Assembly (NCBI GenBank): GCA_964444945.1
Contig: CAYUJC010000003.1
Coordinates: 1 to 53,275 of the forward strand
DNA length: 53,275 nucleotides
DNA from: an uncultured Desulfuromonas sp.
Lineage (GTDB): Bacteria > Desulfobacterota > Desulfuromonadia > Desulfuromonadales > Desulfuromonadaceae
Direction of reading: 5' to 3'
Positions 8,597 through 18,480 of the stretch are shown piece after piece. The notes beneath the pieces were generated by a model. The model was given only the letters and a program-made list of their open reading frames with translations. It made no database searches and was not told the DNA's origin. The translations under genes and the position numbers were made by a program. Positions within the stretch are counted from its first letter, which is position 1, and each line of letters starts with the position of its first letter.

Positions 8597-10036
8597 TCAG
8601 GGGAGGGTGGGAAGCTTCAGCCCCGCCAGCTCTTCCAACAGGCCGACCACTTGGCAACTGTAGCCATATTCGTTGTCGTACCATACATACAGCACGCAAC
8701 GGTCACCTTCAACAATGGTAGCCAGGGAGTCAAGGACCCCGGCATAGCTCGAACCAACGAAGTCGCTCGACACCACTTCGGGCGAATTGGTGTAGTCGAG
8801 CTGATCCTGCAGTTCTGAATTCAGGGAGACATCACGCAGGTGTGCGTTCAGCTGCGCAACGGTGGTTTTGGTGTGAAGGCTCAGGTTCAAGATCGCCATG
8901 GAGACATTCGGCGTCGGAACCCGTATTGCGTTACCGGTAAGCTTGCCCTGGAGTTCCGGCAGGGCTTTTGCCACCGCTTTAGCCGCACCAGTTTCGGTCA
9001 GAACCATATTCAGCGGCGCACTGCGTCCCCGCCGCGGCTTGGGGTGGTAGTTGTCGATCAGGTTCTGATCGTTGGTGTATGAGTGACAGGTTTCCACATG
9101 CCCGCTTTCAATGCCGAAACGGTCATGGACCGTCTTCAGTACCGGGACAATAGCGTTGGTAGTGCAACTGGCAGCGGAGTAGAGGTTTTCCTCTGCCCGG
9201 ATCAGTTCATTGTTAATACCGTAAACGATATTGGGGATATCGCCTTTGCCCGGAGCGGTGAGGATAACCTTCGACACCCCTTTTGCCTGTAAGTGGCGCC
9301 CCAGTCCGGCGCGGTCGCGCCACTTGCCGGTGTTGTCAACCACGATGGCATCTTCAATGCCATAGGCGGTGTAGTCAATATTTTCCGGCGCGTCAGAATA
9401 GATGATCTTGATCATATTGCCATTGGCGATAATGGCGTTTTCTTCTACGTCTATCTGAATTACGCCGTTAAAGCGCCCGTGCACCGAGTCACGGCGCAGA
9501 AGGCTGGCACGCTTGACCAGGTCATCTTCACTCCCTTTGCGCACCACTGCGGCGCGCAGGCGCAGCTTGTCGCCGCCGCCGGTCTGTTCTATAAGGATAC
9601 GCGCCAGCAGCCGCCCGATGCGGCCAAAGCCATAGAGAACCACATCGCGGGGCTTGCTCAATAGCGGGGCAGAACCGGTATTCATCGAATCCAGTTGCGC
9701 TTTGACATAGGCGTCGACATCTGTTTTTCCAGCCTTCTGCTTGAAGGCGAGGGTCAGCTTGCCCAGATCTATCTTACATGCAGCCAGATCTAGTTTGCTC
9801 AGGGCTTTGAGGACTGGAAAGCTGTCGCGCACTGAAATTTCACTCTCGACAACCTGACGGGCAAAGCGATGCGCACGCAAAATGCCGATAGGCTGGCGGT
9901 TGTGCAGTTTATGGCTGTAGATGGTGATGATAACCCCACGGTTACGGTACAGATCTCCGATGATGGGCACCATCGCCTCAGCAATTTCCGCCCGTTGTGA
10001 CCAGTCTGTGAAGTACTCTTGCGCTTTTGTCTTCAT
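8597..10036 (-). CDS. gap: glyceraldehyde-3-phosphate dehydrogenase, long (about 480 aa) form with an N-terminal extension
   Basis: The Rossmann motif VVLYGFGRIGR begins near aa 132. The catalytic motif is SAASCTTNA. The C-terminus is WYDNEYGYS. The first ~130 aa form an extra domain. Confidence 0.93.
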   Translation of the reverse strand: MKTKAQEYFTDWSQRAEIAEAMVPIIGDLYRNRGVIITIYSHKLHNRQPIGILRAHRFARQVVESEISVRDSFPVLKALSKLDLAACKIDLGKLTLAFKQKAGKTDVDAYVKAQLDSMNTGSAPLLSKPRDVVLYGFGRIGRLLARILIEQTGGGDKLRLRAAVVRKGSEDDLVKRASLLRRDSVHGRFNGVIQIDVEENAIIANGNMIKIIYSDAPENIDYTAYGIEDAIVVDNTGKWRDRAGLGRHLQAKGVSKVILTAPGKGDIPNIVYGINNELIRAEENLYSAASCTTNAIVPVLKTVHDRFGIESGHVETCHSYTNDQNLIDNYHPKPRRGRSAPLNMVLTETGAAKAVAKALPELQGKLTGNAIRVPTPNVSMAILNLSLHTKTTVAQLNAHLRDVSLNSELQDQLDYTNSPEVVSSDFVGSSYAGVLDSLATIVEGDRCVLYVWYDNEYGYSCQVVGLLEELAGLKLPTLP

Positions 10037-10196
10037 GTGTGAAACCCTTTGTAGAGGTAGATAGAAACGTCTTTGAATAAATAGCTCCGCTGGCGCCAGG
10101 TTCGCCGGGAAGAAGCCAGCGTATCCTAATGCAGCGGCAAAATATTTTCAAGCCTTACGCTTGGCGCCCGGATCCTTCTCACTTGTGGGCAAAAGA

Positions 10197-11096
10197 TCAA
10201 GCATGCTTCGAGTGGAGGTTATGGTGCAGTGCCTCCTGCAGGCGGGGATAGGTGAAGCTAAAGCCGCTGTCGAGTAGTTTCTGCGGCACCGCACGGGTGC
10301 TGGAGAGCAGCAGCGCATCGGCCTTTTCACCCAAAAGAAGGCGCAGCGCCAGGGCGGGTGCCGGGAGCACTGCGGGGCGGTGCAAGGTTTTGCCCAGGGT
10401 CTGGCTGAACTCTTTGTTGCGCACCGGCTGCGGCGATGCCAAGTTGACCGGGCCATGCAGGGACCTATTCTCTATGATGTGAGCAACCGCTCCACATAGA
10501 TCCTCGATGTCGATCCAACTCATGAATTGGCGCCCATTGCCTGCAGGGCCTCCCAGTCCCAACCGGAAGGGGAGCAACATTTTGGCCAGGGCGCCACCGT
10601 TGGGACTCAGAACCATACCAAAGCGTGTATTGACTGTCCTTATGCCGGCGTCGACAGCTGGAGCGCAAGCCGCTTCCCATTCCTGACAAACCTGGGATAG
10701 AAATCCAGTACCGGCTGGGCTCTGTTCCGTCAGTTCTTCATCTCCTCGGTCTCCGTAAAAACCGACGGCAGAGCAACAGATAAACAGTTCAGGCTTTATC
10801 TCTTTCTCGCGCATACTCTGCGCCAACAGGGTGGTGCCGCTCACACGGCTCATGCGGATCCGCTCTTTTTTTGCCGCGGTCCAGCGCCCGGACATAATGC
10901 TTTCTCCCGCAAGGTGGATCACTGCCTCGAAGTGCGGTTCTGCACCCCAGTCAAGCGTTCCTGCCCCTATATCCCACCAGGGCTGATCGTTGCGGCGGGT
11001 GCGCACCAGGGGAACCACGCGGTGTCCACATCCTTGCAGATATGCGGATAAGGCGGTTCCAACCAGTCCAGATGCTCCTGTGATAAGAATACGCAT
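10197..11096 (-). CDS. TIGR01777-family NAD-dependent epimerase/SDR (YfcH-like, C-terminal DUF1731)
   Basis: MRILITGASGLVGTAL has the Rossmann glycine motif. The C-terminus is PQKLLDSGFSFTYPRLQEAL. The track ORF extends to 11285, but ATG 11096 gives the usual ~300-aa protein. Confidence 0.85.
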   Translation of the reverse strand: MRILITGASGLVGTALSAYLQGCGHRVVPLVRTRRNDQPWWDIGAGTLDWGAEPHFEAVIHLAGESIMSGRWTAAKKERIRMSRVSGTTLLAQSMREKEIKPELFICCSAVGFYGDRGDEELTEQSPAGTGFLSQVCQEWEAACAPAVDAGIRTVNTRFGMVLSPNGGALAKMLLPFRLGLGGPAGNGRQFMSWIDIEDLCGAVAHIIENRSLHGPVNLASPQPVRNKEFSQTLGKTLHRPAVLPAPALALRLLLGEKADALLLSSTRAVPQKLLDSGFSFTYPRLQEALHHNLHSKHA

Positions 11097-11375
11097 GGTT
11101 CTCTCCTTCTCGATAGGCAATTGCCCCATGTTTTGCCTCATAATCGCAGGTATAGAGGCATTGTTGGGGGAGGGTATCGTCCGGGGGATGTGCGCTGTTG
11201 TGCCATGCATGGCTGCTGCTGGCGCTTGCGGTGGTTGCACAAGTTCCTTGTATCCATTAGACTCTTGAGGGGGCAGAGTCACCATTTTGATCTTGTATAT
11301 AAGCGGCAGTGAGCGAGAACTCTAAAACGACTATAACTGCGTTTTTATTACCAACATGCGGAGGTACATAGAACT

Positions 11376-12356
11376 ATGGCAGAACCTATCCACTACAGCA
11401 AGCTTGGCTTGGTAAATACCAGAGAAATGTTTGCACGCGCTTTTGCGGGCGGTTACGCCATCCCGGCGTATAATTTTAACAATATGGAGCAACTGCAGGC
11501 CATCATAACGGCATGTGTCGAGGGGCGCTCGCCGGTGATTATCCAGGTCAGCAAAGGGGCGCGTGAATATGCCAATGCCACTATGCTGAGCCACATGGCC
11601 AGGGGGGCAGTGGAGATGAGCCGCCAGATGGGGGTTGAGTTGCCAATCTCTCTCCACCTTGATCATGGGGATTCGTTTGAACTGTGCAAATCCTGCATCG
11701 ACTCAGGTTTTTCCTCCGTCATGATTGACGGCTCCCAGCTGGAGTATGCTGATAACGTGGCTTTGACCCGCCGGGTAGTTGAATATGCGCACCAGTTTGA
11801 GGTTACGGTCGAAGGGGAACTTGGGGTGCTGGCCGGCATTGAGGATGATGTGGTAGCGGAGGAATCAACCTACACTCAGCCGGAAGAGGTGGAGGATTTT
11901 GTGGCCAGAACCGGGGTAGATTCCCTGGCTATCTCCATCGGCACCAGTCACGGAGCGTACAAGTTCAAACTCAAAGAGGGACAGGAGGTGCCACCGCTGC
12001 GTTTCGACATTCTGGCCGCGGTGGAAAAGCGCATCCCCGGTTTTCCCATTGTGCTGCATGGAGCTTCAAGTGTGGTGCAGGAGTACGTGAGTCTGATCAA
12101 TCAGTACGGCGGCAGCCTTGACGGTGCGGTGGGCGTGCCGGAAGAGCAGCTGCGCAAGGCGGCCAGGAGTGCAGTGTGTAAGATAAATATTGACTCCGAT
12201 GGGCGGCTGGCGATGACTGCCAAGATCAGAGAGTTTCTGGCGAACAACCCTGCAGAGTTCGACCCGCGTAAATACCTGGGGGCCGCGCGTGCAGAACTGA
12301 TTAAGTTGATGAAACATAAGAATGCAGCGGTCCTCGGCAGCGCTGGGCGCGTTTAG
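11376..12356 (+). CDS. fba: class II fructose-bisphosphate aldolase
   Basis: 326-aa ORF. Family motifs present: AIPAYNFNNMEQLQAI, PISLHLDHG, LHGASSV and KINIDSD. Confidence 0.93.
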   Translation: MAEPIHYSKLGLVNTREMFARAFAGGYAIPAYNFNNMEQLQAIITACVEGRSPVIIQVSKGAREYANATMLSHMARGAVEMSRQMGVELPISLHLDHGDSFELCKSCIDSGFSSVMIDGSQLEYADNVALTRRVVEYAHQFEVTVEGELGVLAGIEDDVVAEESTYTQPEEVEDFVARTGVDSLAISIGTSHGAYKFKLKEGQEVPPLRFDILAAVEKRIPGFPIVLHGASSVVQEYVSLINQYGGSLDGAVGVPEEQLRKAARSAVCKINIDSDGRLAMTAKIREFLANNPAEFDPRKYLGAARAELIKLMKHKNAAVLGSAGRV

Positions 12357-12385
12357 GCCTTTAGTGCCCGATGCGGCGGTTATAA

Positions 12386-12422
12386 TAAAAACAGGGCGCC
12401 TCAATCTGGCGCCCTGTTTTTA
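12386..12422. terminator. bidirectional rho-independent terminator between convergent fba and speD
   Basis: aaaaaCAGGGCGCCtcaatctGGCGCCCTGttttt. A 9-bp GC-rich stem flanked by A- and T-tracts. Confidence 0.85.
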
Positions 12423-12510
12423 TTAGATGTGATAGGGATTAAGACCGCGCCACCAGGGTTGTGACGTTAACGGACAGGCTCTGGGGCGGCAGGTTCCAGG
12501 GACGGTGAAA

Positions 12511-13299
12511 TCAAAAGATGTTTTTAGAGTAAAAAATCTCTGTCATCTCCCGGCGCAGCAGTTCCTTGACCCGTTTTTTCTCGCTGGCCGAAAACACCTG
12601 CATTGCGGTGCCAAACAGATAGTTTTCCAGATTGAGCTCCTTAACCAGCATCTTGGTGTGAAACAGATTCTCCTGGTAAATGTTGATATCTACACATTCA
12701 TACAGTTCCAGAGTGCGTTTGTTAATATACTGCTGAATTGAATGGATGCGATGGTCGATGTAGTGTTTTTTCCCTTTGACGTCGCGGGTAAAACCACGCA
12801 CCTTGTAATCCATCAGCACAATATCAGACTCAAATGACTTAATCAGATGGTTCAGTGCCTTCAGCGGACTTATGCGGCCACAGGTGGAGATATCGACATC
12901 GACCCTGAAGGTGGAGATCCCGAGCTTCGAGTCGGTTTCCGGATAGGTGTGGATACACAGGTGGCTCTTGTCCAGATGGGCCAGAACCTGGTCCGGTTTA
13001 GCCTCCACCGGTTCTTCCGCGATCAGGATGGTGACGCTGGCCCCCATGGGGTCATAGTCCTGACTGGAGATGTTCAGGATATTGGCCCCGATGATGCCAG
13101 AGACCTCCTGCAGAATGGTCACCAGGCGTTGGGCATTGTACTCTTCATCAATATATTCCAGATACTCTTTACGGTTGGCCGGGGCCTTGGCATAGCAGAT
13201 ATCGTAAATATTGAAGGAGAGCGTTTTTGTGAGGTTGTTGAATCCGCGCAGCTTTATGCGCCGCGGGCGTTTGTTGGGGTGGTTTTTTTTAACGCGCAT
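12511..13299 (-). CDS. speD: S-adenosylmethionine decarboxylase proenzyme (E. coli-type SpeD)
   Basis: 262-aa [26 protein letters not shown]...[26 protein letters not shown] is collinear with enterobacterial SpeD, including the processing-site region. Confidence 0.92.
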   Translation of the reverse strand: MRVKKNHPNKRPRRIKLRGFNNLTKTLSFNIYDICYAKAPANRKEYLEYIDEEYNAQRLVTILQEVSGIIGANILNISSQDYDPMGASVTILIAEEPVEAKPDQVLAHLDKSHLCIHTYPETDSKLGISTFRVDVDISTCGRISPLKALNHLIKSFESDIVLMDYKVRGFTRDVKGKKHYIDHRIHSIQQYINKRTLELYECVDINIYQENLFHTKMLVKELNLENYLFGTAMQVFSASEKKRVKELLRREMTEIFYSKNIF

Positions 13300-13559
13300 A
13301 TACGGCCCCCTTCAGGTGGTGAGGAGCAGCGTTTTCTCCATAAGTCTCTGGCACTGCCCGCATGCTGGCACATGTTTGTGTTACTGGTGTTACTGCTGTA
13401 GCAAAGCTACGGGCGAAAAATGGAGATTAAGCACAAATCTGTGGATATTGACAAGCAAATAAATACCCGCGGTGGCGAGGGTGAGACTGCGCCCTTGGTT
13501 CCACCGTTGTTTCCGGGGAGGGCCACAACAAGATACGGGTCAAGCGCGGGTGGGGTCAT

Positions 13560-14924
13560 TCAACGGCCATGCGTGATTTCTTTGCGCACGATCCTGCGCA
13601 GACGCAGCCCCAGCAGCAGCGCAGCGCTACTCAGCCCACATATAAGCCCTATCCAGAAACCCCGTGCGGCCATCCCCAGATAAATACCTAAAAAATATCC
13701 GCATGGCATTCCGATGCCCCAGTAGGAAACGATCTGCAGCAGCATCGGCTTGCGGGTGTCCTTGAAGCCGCGCAGAGCACCGGCACAGCCGACTTGGATG
13801 GCGTCTGGGATCTGAAACAGGGCAGCGAGGAGCAACAGCGTGGTGGCGGCTGCGGCAAGCTCAACATCTGGGGTATACATGGCAGTAAGCCAGGGAGCGC
13901 TTGCGGCCATCATGGCGCAGCTCAGCACCGCTATTACAGCAGTTGTGGCCAAACCGACATCTATGCTGCGCCTTGTGTTCTGGGGGTGATTGCGCCCGTT
14001 ATTGTAGCTGACTCGCACCGAAATAGCTGTGGAGATACTCAAGGGTATCATGAAAACCATACCGGTGAAGCTCATGGCGATCTGATGTGCTGCTACGGTT
14101 TGGGCTCCGAAGCGTGACAACATCAGCGCGATGACGGCAAAGATGCTGCACTCAATGAACATTCCGGTGCCTATGGGAACGCCAAGCCACAGGATGTCGG
14201 CGAGAATTTGGGGGCTTGGCCGCGCAAAAGAGGAGAACAGCTGCAAGTGGCGGAAAAACTGTGCACGCCAGAAAACCAGCACCATCCCCACCATCATGAC
14301 CCACATGGTTATCGCGGTGGCAACTCCACAACCAACGCCGCCTAAGGGGGGAAACCCAAGTTTGCCAAATACCAGGATATAGTTTACCACGATATTGATC
14401 CCCAGCCCGGCAAAGCTGATCAACATACTTGGGCGGGTAAGAGACAGCCCTTCGCTGCAGTAGCGCAGGGCAAAACATACCCCGATGGCGGGGAATCCCC
14501 ATGAAACGGCCTTTAGATAGGCCGTTATTAATGGTATAATGGACTCTTCCACTTTAAGGACATGCAGAAGCGGGGTGCATTGGTACAGCACCATGGCGCC
14601 CGCACAGCCCAGAGTGAAGCCCAGGTACAACCCTTGCGGGACCAGGGTGCGGATAGTGGCGTGATCCTTGTGGCCGTATGCATATGAAACACTCGGAGTC
14701 AAAGCGTTTAACGTCCCCAGCAGGAGGATGAAAACCGGAAACCAGATGCTCGAGCCCACAGCAACACCAGCCAGATCGGTAGCCCCAACCCTGCCTGCCA
14801 TAAGGGTATCGACAAACCCCATGCTCGACTGTGCCAGCTGCGCCAAGATGAGGGGCAGGCTTAAGCGCATGAGAATTTTAAATTCTACCCACTGAAGGTG
14901 GAATTTGCGATGGTGGCGGAGCAT
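13560..14924 (-). CDS. MATE family efflux transporter
   Basis: 12-TM ORF. ILMRLSLPLILAQLAQSSMGFVDTLMAGRVG is the typical MatE N-terminus. The start is moved to ATG 14924, since the track ORF carries an unlikely 37-aa extension. Confidence 0.88.
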   Translation of the reverse strand: MLRHHRKFHLQWVEFKILMRLSLPLILAQLAQSSMGFVDTLMAGRVGATDLAGVAVGSSIWFPVFILLLGTLNALTPSVSYAYGHKDHATIRTLVPQGLYLGFTLGCAGAMVLYQCTPLLHVLKVEESIIPLITAYLKAVSWGFPAIGVCFALRYCSEGLSLTRPSMLISFAGLGINIVVNYILVFGKLGFPPLGGVGCGVATAITMWVMMVGMVLVFWRAQFFRHLQLFSSFARPSPQILADILWLGVPIGTGMFIECSIFAVIALMLSRFGAQTVAAHQIAMSFTGMVFMIPLSISTAISVRVSYNNGRNHPQNTRRSIDVGLATTAVIAVLSCAMMAASAPWLTAMYTPDVELAAAATTLLLLAALFQIPDAIQVGCAGALRGFKDTRKPMLLQIVSYWGIGMPCGYFLGIYLGMAARGFWIGLICGLSSAALLLGLRLRRIVRKEITHGR

Positions 14925-15073
14925 ACGCTGGTCTTTCGGCGCGCTTGAGCACGACAGTTGGTTATAGGATCCGGCAGGGGAGGGGTCGCTGCGCTTATTA
15001 GCAGATCGTCCCCTTTTTGTACAGTAGGTATGCACAGTGCAGCAGGTGCGGTAAACTTCAAGCAGGAGCGTTG

Positions 15074-15271
15074 ATGCAGAAATTTCTCGTTGTCAGTGGC
15101 GTGATTCTAATTGTTGTGGGAGTCTTGTGGCCCTGGGTGGGGAAAATTCCCTTTGGCCAGCTCCCCGGTGATATTGTTATAGACAGGCCGGGAATGAAGA
15201 TATATTTCCCCGTTATAACCATGCTTATCGTCAGCCTGGTGCTATCACTGTTATTCCGCCTGTTCAAATAG
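15074..15271 (+). CDS. DUF2905 family small membrane protein
   Basis: 65 aa: MQKFLVVSGVILIVVGVLWPWVGKIPFGQLPGDIVIDRPGMKIYFPVITMLIVSLVLSLLFRLF. It shows the characteristic GxLPGDI motif between two TM helices. Confidence 0.75.
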   Translation: MQKFLVVSGVILIVVGVLWPWVGKIPFGQLPGDIVIDRPGMKIYFPVITMLIVSLVLSLLFRLFK

Positions 15272-15327
15272 CCAGTTGTTTTTAAATAGAGGTAAAACAG
15301 ATGTTACTCATGGAGAACATAAAATAG

Positions 15328-16185
15328 ATGCACACCTTTACCGTAAAAGAGTACGAAGCAGGCTTGCCATTGCTGCAATTTCTGCAGGAACAGATACCCG
15401 CGGCCGGTCTGGGATATGTACGCCAATTGATAAAGAAGGGACGCATCAGTAGCGCAGGGCAGGTCTGCACCGAAAACACTTTATTGACCTGCGGGCAGAC
15501 GATACAGGTGCGTGACAGTGCGCGCCTGCGCGAGTTGTGTGCGGAGGTCTCTGTGTCTGCCGCTGCCCTGAACATCTTGTACGAAAGTGCGCAGATGTTG
15601 GTGGTGGATAAACCCGCCGGGCTCGCGGTCCATACCGGCAGTGGCCATGAGGGTGATAACCTCACCGCCAGAGTACAGGCATATCTGCAGGGCAAACCGT
15701 TTCAGGTTTCCCCCATTCACCGCCTCGATGCAGGCACGTCCGGGCCGGTGCTGTTCGGCAAAGGGAAAAAGAGCTGCGCCGCGCTCGGGGCCCTGTTTAT
15801 GCGGCACGAGGTGGAAAAAGTCTATGTAGCGCTGGTGCGGGGGAATATGCAGGGGAGCGGCGTTCTCGCGCACACGTTATCCGCGAAGGGCAAGCGTAAG
15901 CCGTGCTTCACTGGGTTTGTAACCCGGAAGCGCTGCGCGAAGGCCAGCCTGGTGGAGTTGACCCTCGTGACGGGGCGCCAGCACCAGATCCGGCGCCAGC
16001 TGGCCGAGATCGGGCACCCTATCGTTGGTGATAGTCGCTACGGGGGGGACGACCTGCCTGGGTTGCGGCACCCATTTCTGCATTGCTGCAGCATCGCATT
16101 CAATGACCCATTCAGTGGGGCCCCACTCAAGATTGAGAGTGCCTTGCCGCACCCATTGCAGGAGGTTGCTGCTATATATTTCTAA
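15328..16185 (+). CDS. RluA-family pseudouridine synthase with an S4-like N-terminus
   Basis: 285-aa ORF with the catalytic motif HRLDAGTSGPVLF and TGRQHQIRRQLA. Confidence 0.9.
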   Translation: MHTFTVKEYEAGLPLLQFLQEQIPAAGLGYVRQLIKKGRISSAGQVCTENTLLTCGQTIQVRDSARLRELCAEVSVSAAALNILYESAQMLVVDKPAGLAVHTGSGHEGDNLTARVQAYLQGKPFQVSPIHRLDAGTSGPVLFGKGKKSCAALGALFMRHEVEKVYVALVRGNMQGSGVLAHTLSAKGKRKPCFTGFVTRKRCAKASLVELTLVTGRQHQIRRQLAEIGHPIVGDSRYGGDDLPGLRHPFLHCCSIAFNDPFSGAPLKIESALPHPLQEVAAIYF

Positions 16186-16270
16186 CTGATGTATGTTGAT
16201 GGTTTGATGCCCGTGACGGCTTGATGCTCACGGATCTGTTTATTGGTTTATGAACCACAGAAAGGGTGTT

Positions 16271-17992
16271 GAGATGGAACAGTGGAAAGATTTTACCGAC
16301 ATTTCAAGGATCGCCTATTTTTCCATGGAGATAGGGCTGGCGCAGGAGATTCCAACCTACAGTGGTGGTCTGGGGGTCCTCGCTGGAGACACCATCAAGA
16401 GTTCGGCGGATCTCAATATTCCCCTGGTGGCAATTACCCTTGCCAGCCGGAAGGGATACTTCAAACAGAGTTTGGATGAGTCCGGAGCCCAGCATGAGGA
16501 GCCGGTAGAGTGGGATATCTCCGCGCGCATGGAGCAGCTGCCGGCGCGAATTACCGTCCCAATCGAGGGGCGGGCGGTAACCGTAAGGGCGTGGCTGCAT
16601 CAAACCAAAAGCCCCGCAGGGGGGGTGGTTCCGGTTCTGTTTCTCGATACCGCTCTGAGTGAAAACAGCCCCGAAGACCAGAGCATCACTGATTCGCTCT
16701 ACGGCGGTGACCAGCGCTATCGCTTAAAGCAGGAGATTGTCCTTGGGATCGGGGGGGTGCGTATTCTGCAAGCTCTCGGATTCAGAGTATTTCAATATCA
16801 TATGAACGAGGGGCACGCTGCCCTCCTGACCGTGGAACTGCTCAGCCAGACCCGCAATACAAATGCCGGCAGCTGGATGAACACCCTGGAGATAAACCGC
16901 AAAGCGGTAGCGCAGCGCTGCGTATTCACCACGCATACGCCGGTACCGGCCGGACACGACCGCTTCAGCTATGAGCTGGTCCACCAGGTGCTCGGAGATG
17001 ATGTGATCCCGCCGCAGCAATTACGCGAACTGGGGGGAGATAAAGAGCTGAATATGACCACCCTGGCTCTGCAACTCAGTCGCTTTGTCAACGGGGTGGC
17101 TAAAAAGCACGGACAGGTATCGCAGGAGATGTTTCCCGGCTACGAGATTCATGCCATCACCAACGGGGTCCATCCGCTGACCTGGGCATCAGCGTATATG
17201 GTGGCGCTGTTTAACCGCTACATCAGTGGGTGGGCGCTCCAGCCTGAGTTGCTGGTACGGGTCGACATTATCCCCGATGAAGAGCTCTGGGATGCGCATC
17301 AGGGGGCCAAGGCCTTCCTTGCCCAGTACATTAAGGAAGTGACTGGACAGCAGCTGTTTCTGGATGTGTTTACCATAGGGTTCGCGCGCCGGTTTGCGGC
17401 ATATAAGCGTAACGACCTCATCTTTCACGATGTCGAGCGTCTTCTTGCCATGGGCAAGGGGCGTATTCAGCTGGTGTTTGCGGGTAAAGCCCATCCCCAC
17501 GATAACGACGGCAAGGCGATGATTCAAAACATCTACGCGGCGGCGCGCCGCCTCAAGGGCGAAATCTCCATCATATATCTGCCCAACTATTCTATCGATG
17601 TCGCCTACCACCTGATTCCGGGCGTTGATGTATGGCTCAATACGCCGACCCGGCCCCTCGAAGCTTCTGGCACCAGCGGGATGAAGGCTGCCCTCAACGG
17701 GGTGCCTAACTTCAGTATCTTGGACGGCTGGTGGATCGAAGGACACATAGAGGGTGTCACCGGCTGGTCCATTGGGGAAGAAACCAAGGAAGGGAGCAGC
17801 GTTGGTGCCACCAATGCCGCTGATGCCGCCGACATGTACGCTAAGTTGGAGAAGAAAATTCTCCCTCTGTACTATGAGGATAGAACCGGCTGGATACGGA
17901 TGATGAAAAGTGCCATAGGGAAAAATGCCTACTACTTCAACACCCACGTAATGATGCGCCGGTATGTCACCGAGGCGTATCTGCAGCGCTAA
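16271..17992 (+). CDS. alpha-glucan family phosphorylase (short GT35 form)
   Basis: YFSMEIGL...SGGLGVLAGD N-terminus and a PLP-lysine region EASGTSGMKAALNG. The start could be ATG 16250 or ATG 16271. The latter has an AAGGG Shine-Dalgarno. Confidence 0.9.
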   Translation, partial: EMEQWKDFTDISRIAYFSMEIGLAQEIPTYSGGLGVLAGDTIKSSADLNIPLVAITLASRKGYFKQSLDESGAQHEEPVEWDISARMEQLPARITVPIEGRAVTVRAWLHQTKSPAGGVVPVLFLDTALSENSPEDQSITDSLYGGDQRYRLKQEIVLGIGGVRILQALGFRVFQYHMNEGHAALLTVELLSQTRNTNAGSWMNTLEINRKAVAQRCVFTTHTPVPAGHDRFSYELVHQVLGDDVIPPQQLRELGGDKELNMTTLALQLSRFVNGVAKKHGQVSQEMFPGYEIHAITNGVHPLTWASAYMVALFNRYISGWALQPELLVRVDIIPDEELWDAHQGAKAFLAQYIKEVTGQQLFLDVFTIGFARRFAAYKRNDLIFHDVERLLAMGKGRIQLVFAGKAHPHDNDGKAMIQNIYAAARRLKGEISIIYLPNYSIDVAYHLIPGVDVWLNTPTRPLEASGTSGMKAALNGVPNFSILDGWWIEGHIEGVTGWSIGEETKEGSSVGATNAADAADMYAKLEKKILPLYYEDRTGWIRMMKSAIGKNAYYFNTHVMMRRYVTEAYLQR

Positions 17993-18267
17993 GGGGGTAA
18001 CGCTAAAGAGGGTGCTCAAGGATGCTATCCGCCCCGCGCACGCTGTTCATTCTGGGAGCAAAAGCAGGCATAATCCAGGACACCCTCACCGCTGCACCCC
18101 TGATTCGTACCCCCCCCGCCCCTTTAAAGAAGCGGGCGTATCCCCTTGCAGGGCACCTGATCGAGGTGACTGCACAGAGCCATCCTCTGGCGCAGGATAC
18201 GCAGCTGCGTGGACGTTTCTGTAGCAATGCCTTAGGCGGGAGGGCGGTTTCCCTCTGCCAGTGCGGG

Positions 18268-18292
18268 GGGAGATATCTTGTTCTCCCTTTTT
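18268..18292 (+). terminator. possible weak intrinsic terminator inside the phosphorylase-glk spacer
   Basis: GGGAGAtatcttgtTCTCCCttttt. A 6-bp stem, an 8-nt loop and a T5 run. Confidence 0.4.
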
Positions 18293-18480
18293 GTTGCGGG
18301 GCTGGACTTGACATAAGGGCTGACCATGTCACGCTAACCGAAGCATGCTGGTCAGATGCTGAAGTGAACGCAACTGCAGCGTCCCAGCTTGGCAGAAGAA
18401 GCTGCACCAGAGGCTATGCTTGAAAGTTAATCGATTTCCGCAGGAACCTGGTTTCTGTAGAGGAACGGATGTGAGGGGCT

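Noticed and set aside
11097-11285. 63-codon N-terminal extension of the YfcH-like ORF
   Set aside because: The Rossmann motif MRILITGASG normally sits at the very N-terminus of this family. The extension is Pro/Ala-rich and precedes an internal ATG.
18003-18423. 133-134-aa ORFs on both strands of the phosphorylase-glk spacer
   Set aside because: The translations are Arg/Ala/Pro/Cys-rich with no start context, and both strands are equally open. This is more consistent with non-coding GC-rich DNA.
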